Of a stretch of 64,000 nucleotides of DNA, positions 45,019-59,168 are shown one piece after another. Source of the DNA: Malacoraja senta (taxonomy: Eukaryota); NCBI GenBank assembly GCA_038087875.1, contig CM075996.1, forward strand, positions 2,978,001 through 3,042,000. Reading direction: 5' to 3'. How positions within the stretch are numbered: position 1 is the first letter of the stretch; every line of letters begins with the position of its first letter. The position numbers were made by a program, and so were the translations under genes. The notes beneath the pieces are model-generated. The model worked only from the letters and a program-made list of their open reading frames with translations. It did not search any database and was not told the DNA's origin.

Positions 45019-45972
45019 AAGCCAGCATCTGCAGTTCCTCGCTTCCACCACGGCCAAGTGCTTTGTGAACCACTGCCGAGGTACTGTAGGCAGGAGAGGC
45101 TTCCACTCACCAACCCCCACCTCCCCATCAATGATCAGCACACAAGACATCTCCGCTGCTCAACCGCAGCCGGTGTTATCCTCTCGATCCACAACCGCTC
45201 CCCCCACTCTGTCATAAAGCGAGCAGCACTCCAACCAGACGCACCACAAACCAGGCGCACAAACTCTGAAGGACATCCTCGGCTCTGCCTGTGCATCCAC
45301 GACTCGCCCACCGCCCCATCTCTGCTGGACACCCCCCACCCACCCCCTCCAACGAGGTGACTATGCTTTTCTTCCTCGTTCTGCTTTGGCTCAGTGTGTG
45401 CGCTCGCTGCCCGCTGTATCTCCGACAGTCCGATCCCGACCCACACCAGATGGAACAAAATGCTGGAGTAACTCAGCGGGACCCGGCAGCAGCTCTGGAG
45501 AGGGCGTTTCGGGTCGAGACCCTTCTCTCCAGAGACGCTGCCTGTCCCGCTGAGTTACTCCAGTTTTTCGTGTCTATCCTCGGTTTAGACCAGCATCTGC
45601 AGTTCCTTCCTACACAAAGATGTAATTAACTGAGTCATCCGTATTGAATCTCAGTGTAATTAATAGACGGGGCACAGAACATTGTTTGTGTTGATGATAT
45701 AGATATGATGCAGTTTAGTTTATTGTCACTTGTACCGAGCTACAGTGAAAAACTTTTGTTGCGTGCTATCCATTCAGCGGAAAGAGAAGAAATGATTGCA
45801 ATTGCCGTCCACAGTGTACAGATACATGATAAGGGAATAACATTTAGTGCAATGTAAAGCCAGCAAAGTCCGGGCAAAGATAGGCCGAGGGTCTCACAAA
45901 CTGCTGGAGGAACACAGCATGCCAGGCAGCACCTGTGGAAGGGGACGTTTCTGGTCAGGACTGAAATAGTGT

Positions 45973-46575
45973 CAATAGACAATAGACAATAGACAATAGA
46001 CAATAGACAATAGACAATAGACAATAGACAATAGACAATAGACAATAGACAATAGACAATAGGTGCAGGAGTAGGCCATTTGGCCCTTCCAGCCAGCACC
46101 GCCATTCAATGTGATCATGGCTGATCATCCCCAATCAGTACCCCGTTCCTGCCTTCTCCCCATATCCCCTGACTCCGCTATTTTTAAGAGCCCTATCTAG
46201 CTCTCTCTTGAAAGCATCCAGAGAACCTGCCTCCACCGCCCTCTGAGGCAGAGAATTCCACACACTCACCACTCTCTGTGAGAAAAAGTGTTTCCTCGTC
46301 TCCGTTCTAAATGGCTTACTCCTTATTCTTAAACTGTGGCCCCTGGTTCTGGACTCCCCCAACATCGGGAACATATTTCCTGCCTCTAGCGTGTCCAAGC
46401 CCTTAACAATCTTATATGTTTCAATGAGATACCCTCTCATCCTTCTAGACTCCAGAGTGTACAAGCCCAGCCGCTCCATTCTCTCAGCATATGACAGTTC
46501 CGCCACCCCGGGAATTAACCTTGTAAACCTACGCTGCACTCCCTCAATAGCAAGAATGTCCTTCCTCAAATTAGG
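45973..46575 (-). mobile_element. CR1 3' fragment with expanded (CTATTGT)n tail (~13 units)
   Basis: (CAATAGA)n 45973-46062 then ORF2 C-terminus. Confidence 0.92.
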
Positions 46576-49500
46576 ACCTGAAACATCGTCTGCCCATTTC
46601 CCTCCACGGATGCTGCCTGACCCGCTGAGTTCCTCCAGCACTGTCCTTCGCTCAAGATTCCTGCACCTGCAGTCATATCTGCAGTCACTTCTGCTCCTCT
46701 GTCTTACGATCTGATTTTATTTGCAATTTAGAGTCACAGTCACACAGCATGGACCAACTTGCCCCATCTATACCAGTCGCACCTGCCTGCGTTTGGCCCA
46801 TATCCCTCTAAACGTGCCCTATCCATGCACAATGTTTCTTAAACACTGTGATAGTCCCAGCCTCAACTACCTCTTCTGGCAGCTCGTTCCGTTCACCCAC
46901 CACCCTTTGAGTGAAAAAAAAAGATGCTCCTCAGGTTCCTATTAAATCTTTCCCCCCTCACCTTAACCCAATGTCCCCTGGCTCTCGGTCCCCCTACTCT
47001 GGGCAACAGGTTCCCCTGCTCTTGGTAACAGCCTCTTGAGTCTCTGCTCAAAGTTTATACTCTGTGCCTAGCTACAGCTATGAGAACAATTGGATTCTTG
47101 CACTCTAATGAATCACTATTGTACACCCACACACACGCTCTGTGAACCTTACGAATCTGAGATGTAATTACAGGGTAAATGCTTAGAGGGCATTCTACCT
47201 AGTGGGGGTATCTAGAACAGGGAGGGATACATTTGGGATAAGGAGAACCCAACGCCTGGATAGAGTGGATGTGGAGAGCATGTTTCCACTAGTGGGAGAG
47301 TCTAGGTCCAGAGGTCATAGCCTCAGAATTAAAGGACATTCCTTTAGGAAAGAGATAAGGACTAATTTATTTAGTCAGAGGGTGGTGAATCTGTGGAATT
47401 CTTTGTCACAGAAGGCTGTGGAGGCCAAGTCAGTGGATATTTTTAAGGCAGAGATAGATAGGTTCTTGACTAGTACGGGTGTCAGGGGTTATGGGGAGAA
47501 TGGGGTTAGGAGGGAGTGATAAATCAGCCATAATTGAAAGGTGGAATAGACTTGATGGGCCGAATGGCCCAATTCTGCTCCTATCATTTATGAACTTATA
47601 AGGTGGTAACAGCGACAAGGAAGATTATCTGCTCTCAAGTTATAATGAGAGCTGAGGAGACAGATCATTAGATATGTTGGATATCATTAGTCTGAAGAAG
47701 GGTTTTGGCCCGAAACATTGCCATTTCCTTCGCTCCATAGATGCTGCCGCACCCGCTGAGTTTCTCCAGCACTTTTGTCTACATTAGATATGATCAATGT
47801 GGATGTCAATGCAGATGATAATGGATGTCAATGTATGAATCTAATGCATGGTGGAGGAGGCTCAAGAGGCTGAGTTTAATGTTCATAAGAGATCGGAGCA
47901 GAATTAGGCCATTCGGCCCATCAAGTCCACTCCATCATTTAATCACGACTGATCTATCTCTCCCTCCTAACCCCATTCTCCTGCCTTCTCCCCATAACCC
48001 AACACCCATACTAATCAATAATGTATCTATCTCTGCCTTAAAAATATCCACTGACTGAGCCTCCACAGCCTTCTGTGGCAACGAATCACACAGATTCAAA
48101 GATTGGCTAACTCTTGACTCCAATTCTTAAAAACTACATTAAATAAGGCACTCTTACCTGAAATTGGTTCCTGTTTTTCCTTCTGGTTTTATTTCCCCAA
48201 ACGATCCTTGCAATAAAGTTAATCGGCACTCTACTCATATGAAGAGATGAGTTGACCCAAGCACAGAGAAGATACAGGAGTAACTTAAATTCCATTAAAA
48301 AAAGGCTTTTAATAGATGAATCACGATTTTACAAGCATCTAAAGCGTAGCATGCAAAAAAAATACAAGGCTGAGAAAAGAGATGGACAAACATCAGAATT
48401 TAAATAGGGAACTCAATAAGCCACACAAATGATAATGACACACAGGTGAACCGAGTTTAATATAGCGCCCCCTGTGCTCAGGTGAAAGATCAGCAGGCAC
48501 CCCAACAGGTACAGGTAAAGACCAAGTCTCTTAACTTTAGATTTTACTTTAGATTTTTAGACTTGAGAGATACTGCGTGGAAACAGGCCATTCGGCCCAC
48601 TGTGCCTGCACCAGCGAGCCTTCACCCCACACACAATCACTATCCTACACACACGAGGGACATTTTACCATTTTTAGCAGTAAAGCCAATTAACGTACAA
48701 ACATGCACGTCTTTGTAGTGTGGAGGGAACCGGAGCACCCAGAGAAAACCCACGCGGGTCACGGGGAGAACGTACAGACCCCGTACAGACTCACTCGGGA
48801 GAGGGGGGATAGCAGTGAGTGGGCAGACAGGCCTGTGGTAAGAAAATGCCGCAGATGTTGGAAAGCTGAAATAAAAAAACAGGAATCAATGGAAACTCTC
48901 AGCAGATCAGGCTGCATCTGCGGATGGGGTCAACATTTCATAAGTTCGTAAGTTCTAGGAGCAGAATTAGCCCATTCGGCCCATCGAGTCTACTCTGCCA
49001 TTCAATCATGGTTGACCTATCTTTCCCTCTCAACCCCATTCTCCTGCCTTCTCCCCATGACCCCTGACGCCATGAATTTCATCCTGAAATTTCAAATTCA
49101 CAGTAGTTTTAACATCACCACTGACCCTATCTGAAACATGCATGAACCATCCTACTACGACTAGAGAGCAGTCCTGAACTACTATCTATCTACATCATTG
49201 GAGACCCTCGGACTATCTGTGGTCGGACTTTATCTTGCACTCAACGTTATTAACATTATTCCCTTTATCATGTATCTGTAGAGTGTGGACAGCTCGATTG
49301 AAATCACGTGTAGTCCTTCTGCTGACTGCCTTAAAAATATCCATTGACTTGGCCTCCACAGCCTCTGCAGCAATGAATCCCACAGATTCACCATCCTCTG
49401 ACTAAAGAAATTCCTCCTCATCTCCTTCCTAAAGGAAGGTCCTTTAATTCTGAGGCTGTGGCCTCTGGTCCCCGACTCTCCCACCAGTGGAAGCGATCCT

Positions 49501-49879
49501 CTCCACCATCCACTTTTCTCTTTTTCCTCGGGATTCCAGCACCTGCAGTTCCTTGGGACGATTCTCCCATTGATAAAAACCCAGCCGTTCACTGTCTGGG
49601 ACTGAGGGAAGAAACTAGTTTCCAAGAGGGATTAGATTTAGCTCTTAGGGCTAACGGAATCCAGGGATATGGGGAGAAAGCAGGAACGGGGTACTGATTC
49701 TGGATAATCAGCCATGATCATATTGAATGGTGGTTCTCGCTCGAAGTGACGAACGGCCTACACTTGCACCTATTTTCTATGTCTCTATGATTCTAGTTGG
49801 TGCGTTTCAGCTGACGAGGCATACCATAGCTGATGCAGAATATTTCATGTTGTGAAATATTAAAATATAATTGTAAAAA

Positions 49880-50050
49880 GCCCCATCGGGAGAAACTGAA
49901 ACCACAACACATGCCCCGATGAACCACAATGAACACCAGCAGATCCGGTAAATTCGTAGTTTTCTTCTAAATTAGATGAAGCGGCTTTACAAGTGTTTAA
50001 CACTTTGTCGGTTGGATGGCGTTCTGACTCAGTTCTGATTTCTTACCTCA
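49880..50050. promoter_or_regulatory. Candidate immune-cell enhancer (ISRE/IRF + 2 RUNX + AP-1)
   Basis: GAAACTGAAA 49892-49901, AACCACA 49900-49906 and 49922-49928, TGACTCA 50025-50031 in a non-repeat island. Confidence 0.4.
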
Positions 50051-53000
50051 ACTTCATTCTCCAGACATTAATGTATCACGAACATTTGAAGGCACTGGGC
50101 CTGTAGTTTGGTTTAGTTTAGAGATTCAGCCGTGGAGGCAGGCCCTTCGGCCCACCGAGTCCGAGCCGACCAGCGGCACGCACCAGTGACAATTTACAAT
50201 TGTACCAAAGCCACTTAGCCTATAAACCCGCATGCCTTTGTAGTGTGGGAGGAAACCGGAGCACCTGGAGAAAACCCACCCAGGTCACGGGGAAAAGGTA
50301 CAAACTCCGTACAGACAGCACCCGGAGTCACGATCGAACCCGGGTCTCTGGTGCTGTAAGGCACCAGCTATACCCGCTGCGCCACCATGCCGCCACTAAT
50401 AATTTACTCAAGTCAAGTCAAGTCAAGTCAAGAGAATTTATTGTTATGTGTCCCAGATAGGACAATGTGTCCCAGATAGGATAAGCTCACTGGAGATTAG
50501 AAGGGAGGATGGGTGAGTTTAGAAGGAACTCATTGAAACTTATCAAATAGTGAAAGGCCTGGATAGAAAACATAGAAAATAGGTGTAGGAGGAGGCCATT
50601 CGGCCCTTCGAGCCAGCACCGAAGGAGTGGATGAGGACAGGATGTTTCCACTAGTGGGAGAGTTTAGGACCAGAGGGCACAGCCCCAGAATAAAAGGAGG
50701 TATCTTTAAAAAGGAGATGAGGAGGAATTTCTTTACTTAGATGGTGGTGAATCTGTGGAATTCGTTGCTACAGACGGCTGTGGAAGCTAAGTCTTTTGGG
50801 TATTCTTTAGACAATTGACAGGTTTTTGATTGTTAAAGGTGTCAGAGTTTATGGGGAGAAGGCGGGAGAATGTGGCAACAGGGTGGTAGAACCTACAGGG
50901 TGAATGCTACAGCTCTGGGGAGTGTTGTAGAGCAAAGGGATCTAGGACATTGGGACATTGTTCCTTGAAGGTGGCATCACAGGTAGATGGGCTGGTCAAA
51001 AAGGCTTTTGGCGCATTGGCCTTCATCAGTCAGAGTATTGAGTATAGAAGATAGACACAAAATGCTGGAGTAACTCAGCGGGACATGCAGCAACTCTGGA
51101 GAGAAGGAACGGGCGGCGTTTCGGGTCGAGACCCTTCCTCAGTCTGACCGGAAACGTCGCCCGTTCCTTCTCTCCAGAGATGCTGCCTGTCCCGCTGAGT
51201 TACTCCAGCATTTTGTGTCTATCGTCGATTTAAACTGGCATCTGCAGTCCTTTCCTACACATGTAGAGGATAGAAGTCGGGAGGTCATGTTGCAGTTATA
51301 TACGACGTTGGCGAGGCCGAATTTATAGAGTATTGTGTTCAGTTCTGGGCACCATGTCATGGGAAAGATGTTGTCAAGCTGGAAAGGGTGCAGAGAAGAT
51401 TTACAAGGATGTTGCCGGGACTCGAGGGTCTGAGCTATAGGGAGAGGTTGAGCAAGCTGGGACTGGAGCGCAGGAGCTGAGTTACTCCACCATTCTGTGT
51501 CTATCTTCAGTGTGAGCCAGCATCTGCAGTTCCTACACACTCTCTGTCAGGTCTCCAATGTAGAGCTCTCTCACACCATCCACATCAATGATCAGATTTT
51601 TTGCGATCGACCTTTCAGAGTGGAAATTGCTCTGTGATACTCGAACAAAAACAGCCACATCCGCCCTCAAATTGCGTAAATTCTGACGCAGTCGCTTGCC
51701 AGTTCCCTAAAATCTCTTCAGCATCACATACCCGGTAGAAGGGGGGAATCTGTGGTCCGCTGTTCCAGCGAGAGGTTTCGATGGAAACTTGGTTCAGATG
51801 TGTGAAGATTCCCATCCACTGTCACCGCGCTGGTCTCGTCTCCTGGAGACCTTGTGTCAATCTTTCGCATCTGAAGAAGGGTGTCTGACCTGTTCACGAC
51901 CCCCCCACCCCCACCACCCACACCCAGTCTGTCCATTCCCCTCCATAGACGCTGACCGACCCCCCCCCCCCCGAGTTCCTCCAGCACTTTGTGTTTTTCT
52001 CAAAATTCCAGCATCTGCTGTTCGTCTCTCGCTTAGATCCTCCAGGACTTTGTACTTTAACAATAAGGGGTAAGCCGTTTAGAACGGAGACGAGGAAACA
52101 CTTTTTCTCACAGAGAGTGGTGAGTCTGTGGAATTCTCTGCCTCAGAGGGCGGTGGAGGCAGGTTCTCTGGATGCTTTCAAGAGAGAGCTAGATAGGGCT
52201 CTTAAAAATAGCGCAGGGGATATGAGGAGAAGGCAGGAACGGGGTACTGATTGGGGATGATCAGCCATGATCACGTTGAATGGCGGTGCTGGCTCGAAGG
52301 GCCGAATGGCCTACTCCTGCGCCTATTGTCTATTGTCTATTTTCTCAAGATCCCAGCATTTGCAGTTCCCGTCTCTCGCCGAGTTCCTCCAGCACTTTGT
52401 ACTTTTCTCATTATCCTAGCACCTGCGGTTCCTTTTGCCCCGCCGAGTTCCTCCAGCATTTGTGTGTCCATCTGCAGTTCCTTGACCCTCCAGCCTTCCT
52501 GCGCTGGTTTTGACCGGTAACCCCGTGGAAAATACGGACCAGCCAGAGAAAAAGACCGCGCCATTAGCTCTGCTCAGCTTCTCAGCTTCCCCGGATAGTT
52601 TTGGTTTGTTAAACTATATAATATGTTTTCACTAATTTACAATGACCCTGGACTGGAGACAGGGCGAGCGAGCCGTTGTCTACAGCCGCTGTATATTATG
52701 TGTTGAAGTTGTCCCCGTCTATCTCCAGCAAGGAATACTCCAGGACCCCCCCCCCTTCAAGCCTTCTTTCCCCCAATCGATGTGATCATTGATTTTGTCC
52801 ACAGTGGTTAGTGCGACTGCCTCAGTCCGTGGTTCGATCCTGCCCTCGAGGGCTCCCTGTGCCGGCCTTATTGTCATTTTACCCGGCGATATATATGACA
52901 ATATTGTTCAGAAACACCGTTTAGTCATTGAATTGGTTGAATTGAATTCCTTTATTTATTATTCCCAAAAAAAGTTTGAAAGAAATTTCGTTACCATGCA

Positions 53001-54424
53001 GTCAACAGACAATAGACAATAGGTGCAGGAGTAGGCCATTCGGCCCTTCGAGCCAGCACCGCCATTCAATGTGATCATGGCTGATCATCCCCAATCAGTA
53101 CCCCGTTCCTGCCTTCTCCCCATAATCCCCTGACTCCGCTATTTTTAAGAGCCCTATCTAGCTCTCTCTTGAAAGCATCCAGAGAACCTGCCTCCACCGC
53201 CCTCTGAGGCAGAGAATTCCACAGACTCACCACTCTCTGTGAGAAAAAGTGTTTCCTCGTCTCCGTTCTAAATGGCTTACCCCTTATTCTTAAACTGTGT
53301 GTGGCCCCTGGTTCTGGACTCCCCCCAACATCGGGAACATGTTTCCTGCCTCTAGCGTGTCCAAGCCCTTAACAATCTTATACGTTTCAATGAGATCCCC
53401 TCTCATCTTTCTAAACACCAGAGTGTAGAAACTCCAGTCAACAGTTTTAAAAAAAGCAACAAAGCACACAATTTTAAACACAATTTAACACAAACATCCA
53501 TCACAGTGATTCCCCTCCAGGCACCTGCTGCTCACTGTGATGGAAGGTAAAAAAAAGTTGTATCTCTTCCATGTAATGTGCATGGCAGTGCAAGACATGG
53601 CCTGCAGTGATCAGATTGGAGGTAGGTATCTCTTAATGACTTTATTAGCCTCTATAAGGTTACACCTCAATCTCCAACACCCTGTAAGTTATAGGATTAC
53701 CCCTCAACCTTGTACACTCCGGTGAAAAAAGGTCCTGCCTATCCAGTCTCTATAGTTTAGTTCAGTTTAGTTTATTGTCACATGGGTTAGGGTTAAGTGA
53801 AAAGCTTTTGTTATCTGCTAACCAGTCGGTGGAAAGACAATACATGATTACAATCGAGCCGTACAGATATAGGATAAAGGGAATAACGTTTTCGTGCAAA
53901 ATATAGTCCAGTAAAGTCCAATTAAAGATAGTCCGAGGGTCTCCAACAAGGTAGATGGGAGGTCAGGACTGCTCTCTAGATGAAGGTAGGATGATTTAGT
54001 TGCCTGATAACAGCTGGGAAGAAACTGTCCCTGAATCTGGAGGTGTGCGTTTTCGCAAGGACTCGGTAGGCCGAAGTGCCCGTTTCCTTGCTGCATCTCA
54101 CAAAACTAAACTAAGCTAAGCTAAGCTCTCTGATGTTGAGGTGTGGTCAACACATGAATATAAGGCAGCAGTGTTGTGCAGAGCAACACAGAGTTTGGTG
54201 GCGGCGACCATGGGGAGGGGCCGAGGATCAAGTCTACTCTGCTGTTGGGTAGACACAGAAAGCTGGAGTAACTCCGCTGGTGAGGCAGCATCTATGGAGA
54301 GAAGGAACGGGCAACGTTTCAGGTCGAGACCCTTCTTCAGTCTACTCTGCCATTCAATCATGGCTGATCTATCTTTCCCTCTCAATCCCATTCTCCTGCC
54401 TTCGCCCCATAACCCCTGACACCC

Positions 54425-55856
54425 ATAGAAACATAGAAACATAGAAAATAGGTGCAGGAGGAGGCCATTCGGCTCTTCGAGCCAGCACCGCCATTCATTG
54501 CGATCATGGCTGATCGTCCCCAATCAATAACCCGTGCCTGCCTTCTCCCCATATCCCTTGATTCCACTAGCCCCTAGAGCTCTATCTAACTCTCTCTTAA
54601 ATCCATCCAGTGATTTGGCCTCCACTGCCCTCTGTGGCAGAGAATTCCACAAATTCACAACTCTCTGGGTGAATTTTTTTTTTCTCACCTCAGTCCTAAA
54701 TGGCCTTCCCTTTATTCTAAGACTGTGGCCCCTGGTTCTGGACTCACCCAACATTGGGAACATTTTTCCTGCATCTAGCTTGTCCAGTCCTTTTATAATT
54801 TTATATGTTTCTATAAGATACCCCCTCATCCTTCTAAACTCCAGTGAATACAAGCCTAGTCTTTTCAATCTTTCCTCATATGGCAGTCCCGCCATCCCAG
54901 GGATCAATCTCGTGAACCTACGCTGCACTGCCTCAATCACAAGGATGTCCTTCCTCAAATTAGGAGACCAAAACTGTACGCAATACTCCAGATGTGGTCT
55001 TACCAGAGCCCTATGCAACTGCAGGAGAACCTCTCTACTCCTATACTGAAATCCTCTTGTTATGAAGGCCAACATTCCATTAGCTTTCTTCACTGCCTGC
55101 TGTACCTGCATGCCAACTTTCAGTGACCGGTGTACAAGGACACCCAGGTCTCGCTGTACCTCCCCCTTACCTAACCTAACCCCATTGAGATCATAATCTG
55201 CCCCCTTGTTTTTGCCACCAAAGTGGATAACCTCACATTTATCTATATTATACTGCATCTGCCACGCATCTGCCCACTCACTCAACCTGTCCAGGTCCCT
55301 CTGCAACCTCCTAACATCCTCTTCACAGTTCACACTGCCACCCAGCTTTGTGTCATCCACAAACCTGCTGGTGTTGCTCCTAATTCCCTCTTCCAAATCA
55401 TTAATATATATGGTAAACAGTTGCGGCCCCAACACCAAGCCTTGCGGCACTCCACTCGCCACTGCCTGCCATTCTGAAACGGACCCGTTCACTCCTACTC
55501 TTTGCCTCCTGTCTGCCAACCAATTTTCTATCCACGTCAACACCCGACCCCCAATACCATGTGCTCTAATTTTAGTCACCAGTCTCCCGTGCGGGACCTT
55601 ATCAAAGGCTTTCTGAAAGTCTAGATACACTACATCCACTGGCTCCCCTTCATCCATTTTACTTGTCACATCCTCAAAAAATTCCAGAAGATTAGTTAAG
55701 CATGATTTTCCTTTCATAAATCCATGCTGACTTGGACTAATCCTTTTCCTGCTATCCAAATGCCCCATTATTACCTCTTTAATAATTGACCCCAGCATCT
55801 TTCCCACCACCGAAGTCAGGCTAACTGGTCTGTAATTCCCCGTTTTCTCTCTCGCT
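54425..55856 (-). mobile_element. CR1 LINE 3' part with open 428-aa RT ORF
   Basis: QHGF, DFQKAFD, GVPQG, FVDD variant, tail (TTTCTATG)n. Confidence 0.95.
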
Positions 55857-57526
55857 CCATTCTTTTACCCGTACTACACAAGAATCCTTCTATTTCCACC
55901 TTCAAAATATCCATTGACTTGGCCTCCACGTCTGTCTGTGGCAATGAATTCCACAGATTCACCACCCTCTGACTAAAGAAATTCCTCCTCATCTCCTTCC
56001 CAAAGGAACGTCCTTTAATTCTGAGTCTGGTCCTGGATCCTCCCACTAGTGAAAACATCCTCTCCACATCCACTCTATCCAGGCCTTTTACGATTCGGTA
56101 AGTTTCAATGAGGTCCGCCCCCCCTCACCCTTCTAAACTCCAGCGAGTACAGGCCCAGTGCCGTCAAACGCTCATCATATGTTAACCCACTCATTCCTGG
56201 GATCATTCTCGTAAACCTCCTCAGGACTCTCTCCAGAGCCAGCACATCCTTCCTCAGATATGGGGTCCATAACTGCTCACAATACTCCAAATGTCACCTT
56301 GTAGTATCAGCATCACATCCCTGTTTTTTTTGTATCCTAGTCCTCATTGGCATTGCGTTTGCCTTCTTTACTACCGATATGACTTACGGATTAACTTCTT
56401 GCGAATCCTGCACCAGCGCTCCCAAGTCCCTTTGCACCTCTTATTCTGAGTGTTGGCTGCCGAAAGAATCCATAAAGAATGGGTCGACTGGGCTTATATT
56501 CACTGGAATTTTAGAAGGATGAGAGGGTATCTTATTGAATCATGTAAAATTATTAAGGGATTGGACAGGCTAGATGCAGGAAAAATGTTCCCCATGTTGG
56601 GAGAGTCCAGAACCAGGGGTCACAGTTTGAGAATAAGGGGTAGGTTCAAGGTATTTTTTTTTTTTAAATTAGTCACATTCACATACACCCAGGTGTAGTG
56701 AAGTGAAATGCTTTTTGCATTTAGGACTGAGTAGACCATGGTAGACCATTTAGGACTGAGACGAGGAAAAACCTTTTCACCCTGAGAGTAGTGAATCTGT
56801 GGAATTCTCTGCCACAGGAGGCCAATACACTGGATGTATTCAAGAGAGAGTTGGATGTAGCTCTTAGGACTAACGGAATCAAGGGATATGGAGAGAAAGC
56901 AGGAACGGGTTACTGATTCTGGATGATCAGCCATGGTCATATTGAATGGCTCGAAGTGGCCTACTCCTGCACCTATTTTCAATGTTTCCATGACTCTGCT
57001 GCCTGGTTTCCAGGAAGCCAGCATCCAGCATGGTTCTGCAAGCTACAGGCGATCTCTCCAAGGCTGCAGCATATGCTGGTCCGCAGGTCCACTGTAAAAA
57101 TAGAAGCGGTGGTCTTGTTTCTTCCATTGTGTAAGCGCAGTGGAGAAAAGTAAAACTTAAAGGTCAACTACCCACAAGAGAGCCACCTAGCACATTCTCA
57201 GCCGTTTGCTAACTTAATGCCACACACTTACAAAAACATGCGTGCATTCGTGTTAGTATGTATAAACGTGTGCAGAGAGAAGGGGGCAGATTATGTGATA
57301 GACACAAAATGCTGGAGTAACTCAGCGGGACAGGCAGCATCTCTGGAGAGAAGGAATGGGTGACGTTTCGGGTCGAGACCTTTCACCAGACTGAGTCCAC
57401 CTTTCCTTGATCATCGTTGCCTTTTGCATAGCTTTCATTCATTTGTTCTAGTTGCCTTCTATATCTCTCGTACCCCTTTCACCTGACCCTCAGTCTGAAG
57501 AAGGGTTCTCGACCCAAAACATCGGC

Positions 57527-57900
57527 CATCCCTTTTCTTCAGAGATGCTGCCTGACCCGCTGAGTTGCACCAGGTTTTTGAGTCTATCTCCCATTTTCCA
57601 GTTTGCTTTCCCCCCCCCCCCCCCACCACACACATACACACAAAAGCAGTCTGAAAAACGTCACCTATCCATGTTCTCCAGAGATGCTGCCTGACCCGCT
57701 GAGTTGCACCAGGTTTTTGAGTCTATCTCCCATTTTCCAGTTTGCTTCCCCCCCCCCCCCCCACCACCACACACATACACACAAAAGCAGTCTGAAAAAC
57801 GTCACCTATCCATGTTCTTCAGAGATTCTGCCTGACCAGCTGAGTTACACCAGCATGTTGTGTGTCTATCTTCGGTGTAAATCTCCAATTCCTTCCTACA
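57527..57900 (+). repeat. ~140-bp head-to-tail tandem repeat (about 2.3 units) built from Penelope-derived terminal sequence
   Basis: AGAGAT(G/T)CTGCCTGACC recurs at 57541, 57680 and 57821. Confidence 0.85.
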
Positions 57901-59168
57901 CACTGTGAATGAGCTGCTGTTTTCAATGAAAAGACAGAAGTAATTAATTGGTTGCAATGGGCTCCATCTTGCTGAAAAGCCTCGGTAGAGATACAAGATT
58001 CTATCTGTGGTTCCATTAACTGCAGTCGAGTCAAACCTGATGCTGTCCGACCACTTCCTGCTCTTTCAGCCGCTCAGTGTTTGAGTTGTGAATCTTTATA
58101 GAGTCAATGCATGCAACAGACAACACCTCGATATGGAGGCATCAGACAGTGCTTCTTATTTATATCTGCTTACCCCATATAGCTGTGGTCTGACATATTC
58201 GACTCTTGGACTAAACATAGCATCAAACAGCAAACAGCGCCTTCTCAACTTCCAACACTGACAGCTAACGTTACTCTTAGCTTCTGGCCCTGCACTAACG
58301 AGGGAGGTACGGTGAGGGGCCTCTGTGAGAAATGGCGCAGGAGTGCGGCGACTCTTTGCGTGCGGGCCCCAGGCCGACCCTGCTTGCAGCGACTTTGAGT
58401 CCTGAAAAGCGCTATATAAATAAAATCTATTATTATTATTATTATTATTATCTATTACGATATTTTGAATTTCGACATTGCCTCTTTCAGCCGTAACACC
58501 ATATTCCGCATCCGTATCAGCCATGATCACATTGAATGGCGGTGCTGGCTCGAAGGGCCGAATGGCCTACTCCTTCGCCCATTGTCTATTGTCTATATCC
58601 TGTTTATTTTCTCTCTTGCACTGCCGAGCACCACGTCGAGATTATTGTCACAAACGCAAGACTTATCCCCAACCACGGCCGTTCCTTCCCTTCCATCGAC
58701 TCCATCTACCCCCCGGCTAGGCCGGCAGCATAATCAAGGACCAGTCGTATCCCTCTTCTCCCCTCTCCCATCGGGCAAAATGTACAGAAGTGTGAAAACG
58801 CACACCTCCAGATTCAGGGACAGATTTCTTCCCAGCTGTTATCAGGCAACTAAACCATCCTACCACAGAAGGCAGCGGAGGCCAATACACTGGATGCATT
58901 CAAGAGCGAGTTGGATGTAGGGCTAATGGAATCAAGGGATATGGGGAGAAAGCAACAACGGAGTACTGATTCTGGATGATCAGCCATGATCATATTGAAG
59001 AAAGGGCCGAATGGCCTACTCCTGCACCTATTTGCTATGCTTCTATGTTTCTAACCAGAGAGCAGTGCTGAACTACTATCTACCTCATTGGTGGCCCTTG
59101 GACTATCCTTGATCGGACTTTGCTGGCTTTACCTTGCACTAAACGTTATTCCCTTACATTGTATCCAT

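Noticed and set aside
45363..45456. Signal-peptide-like MLFFLVLLWLSVCARC on plus strand
   Set aside because: No donor follows; it runs directly into a Penelope-derived repeat.
48462..48480. CTCF-like AGCGCCCCCTGTGCT
   Set aside because: Only half of the motif matches well; a single hit is not distinguishable from chance.
54155..54225. TATAA followed by Kozak-like GCGACCATGG
   Set aside because: The frame enters repeat sequence within a few codons; no downstream exons.
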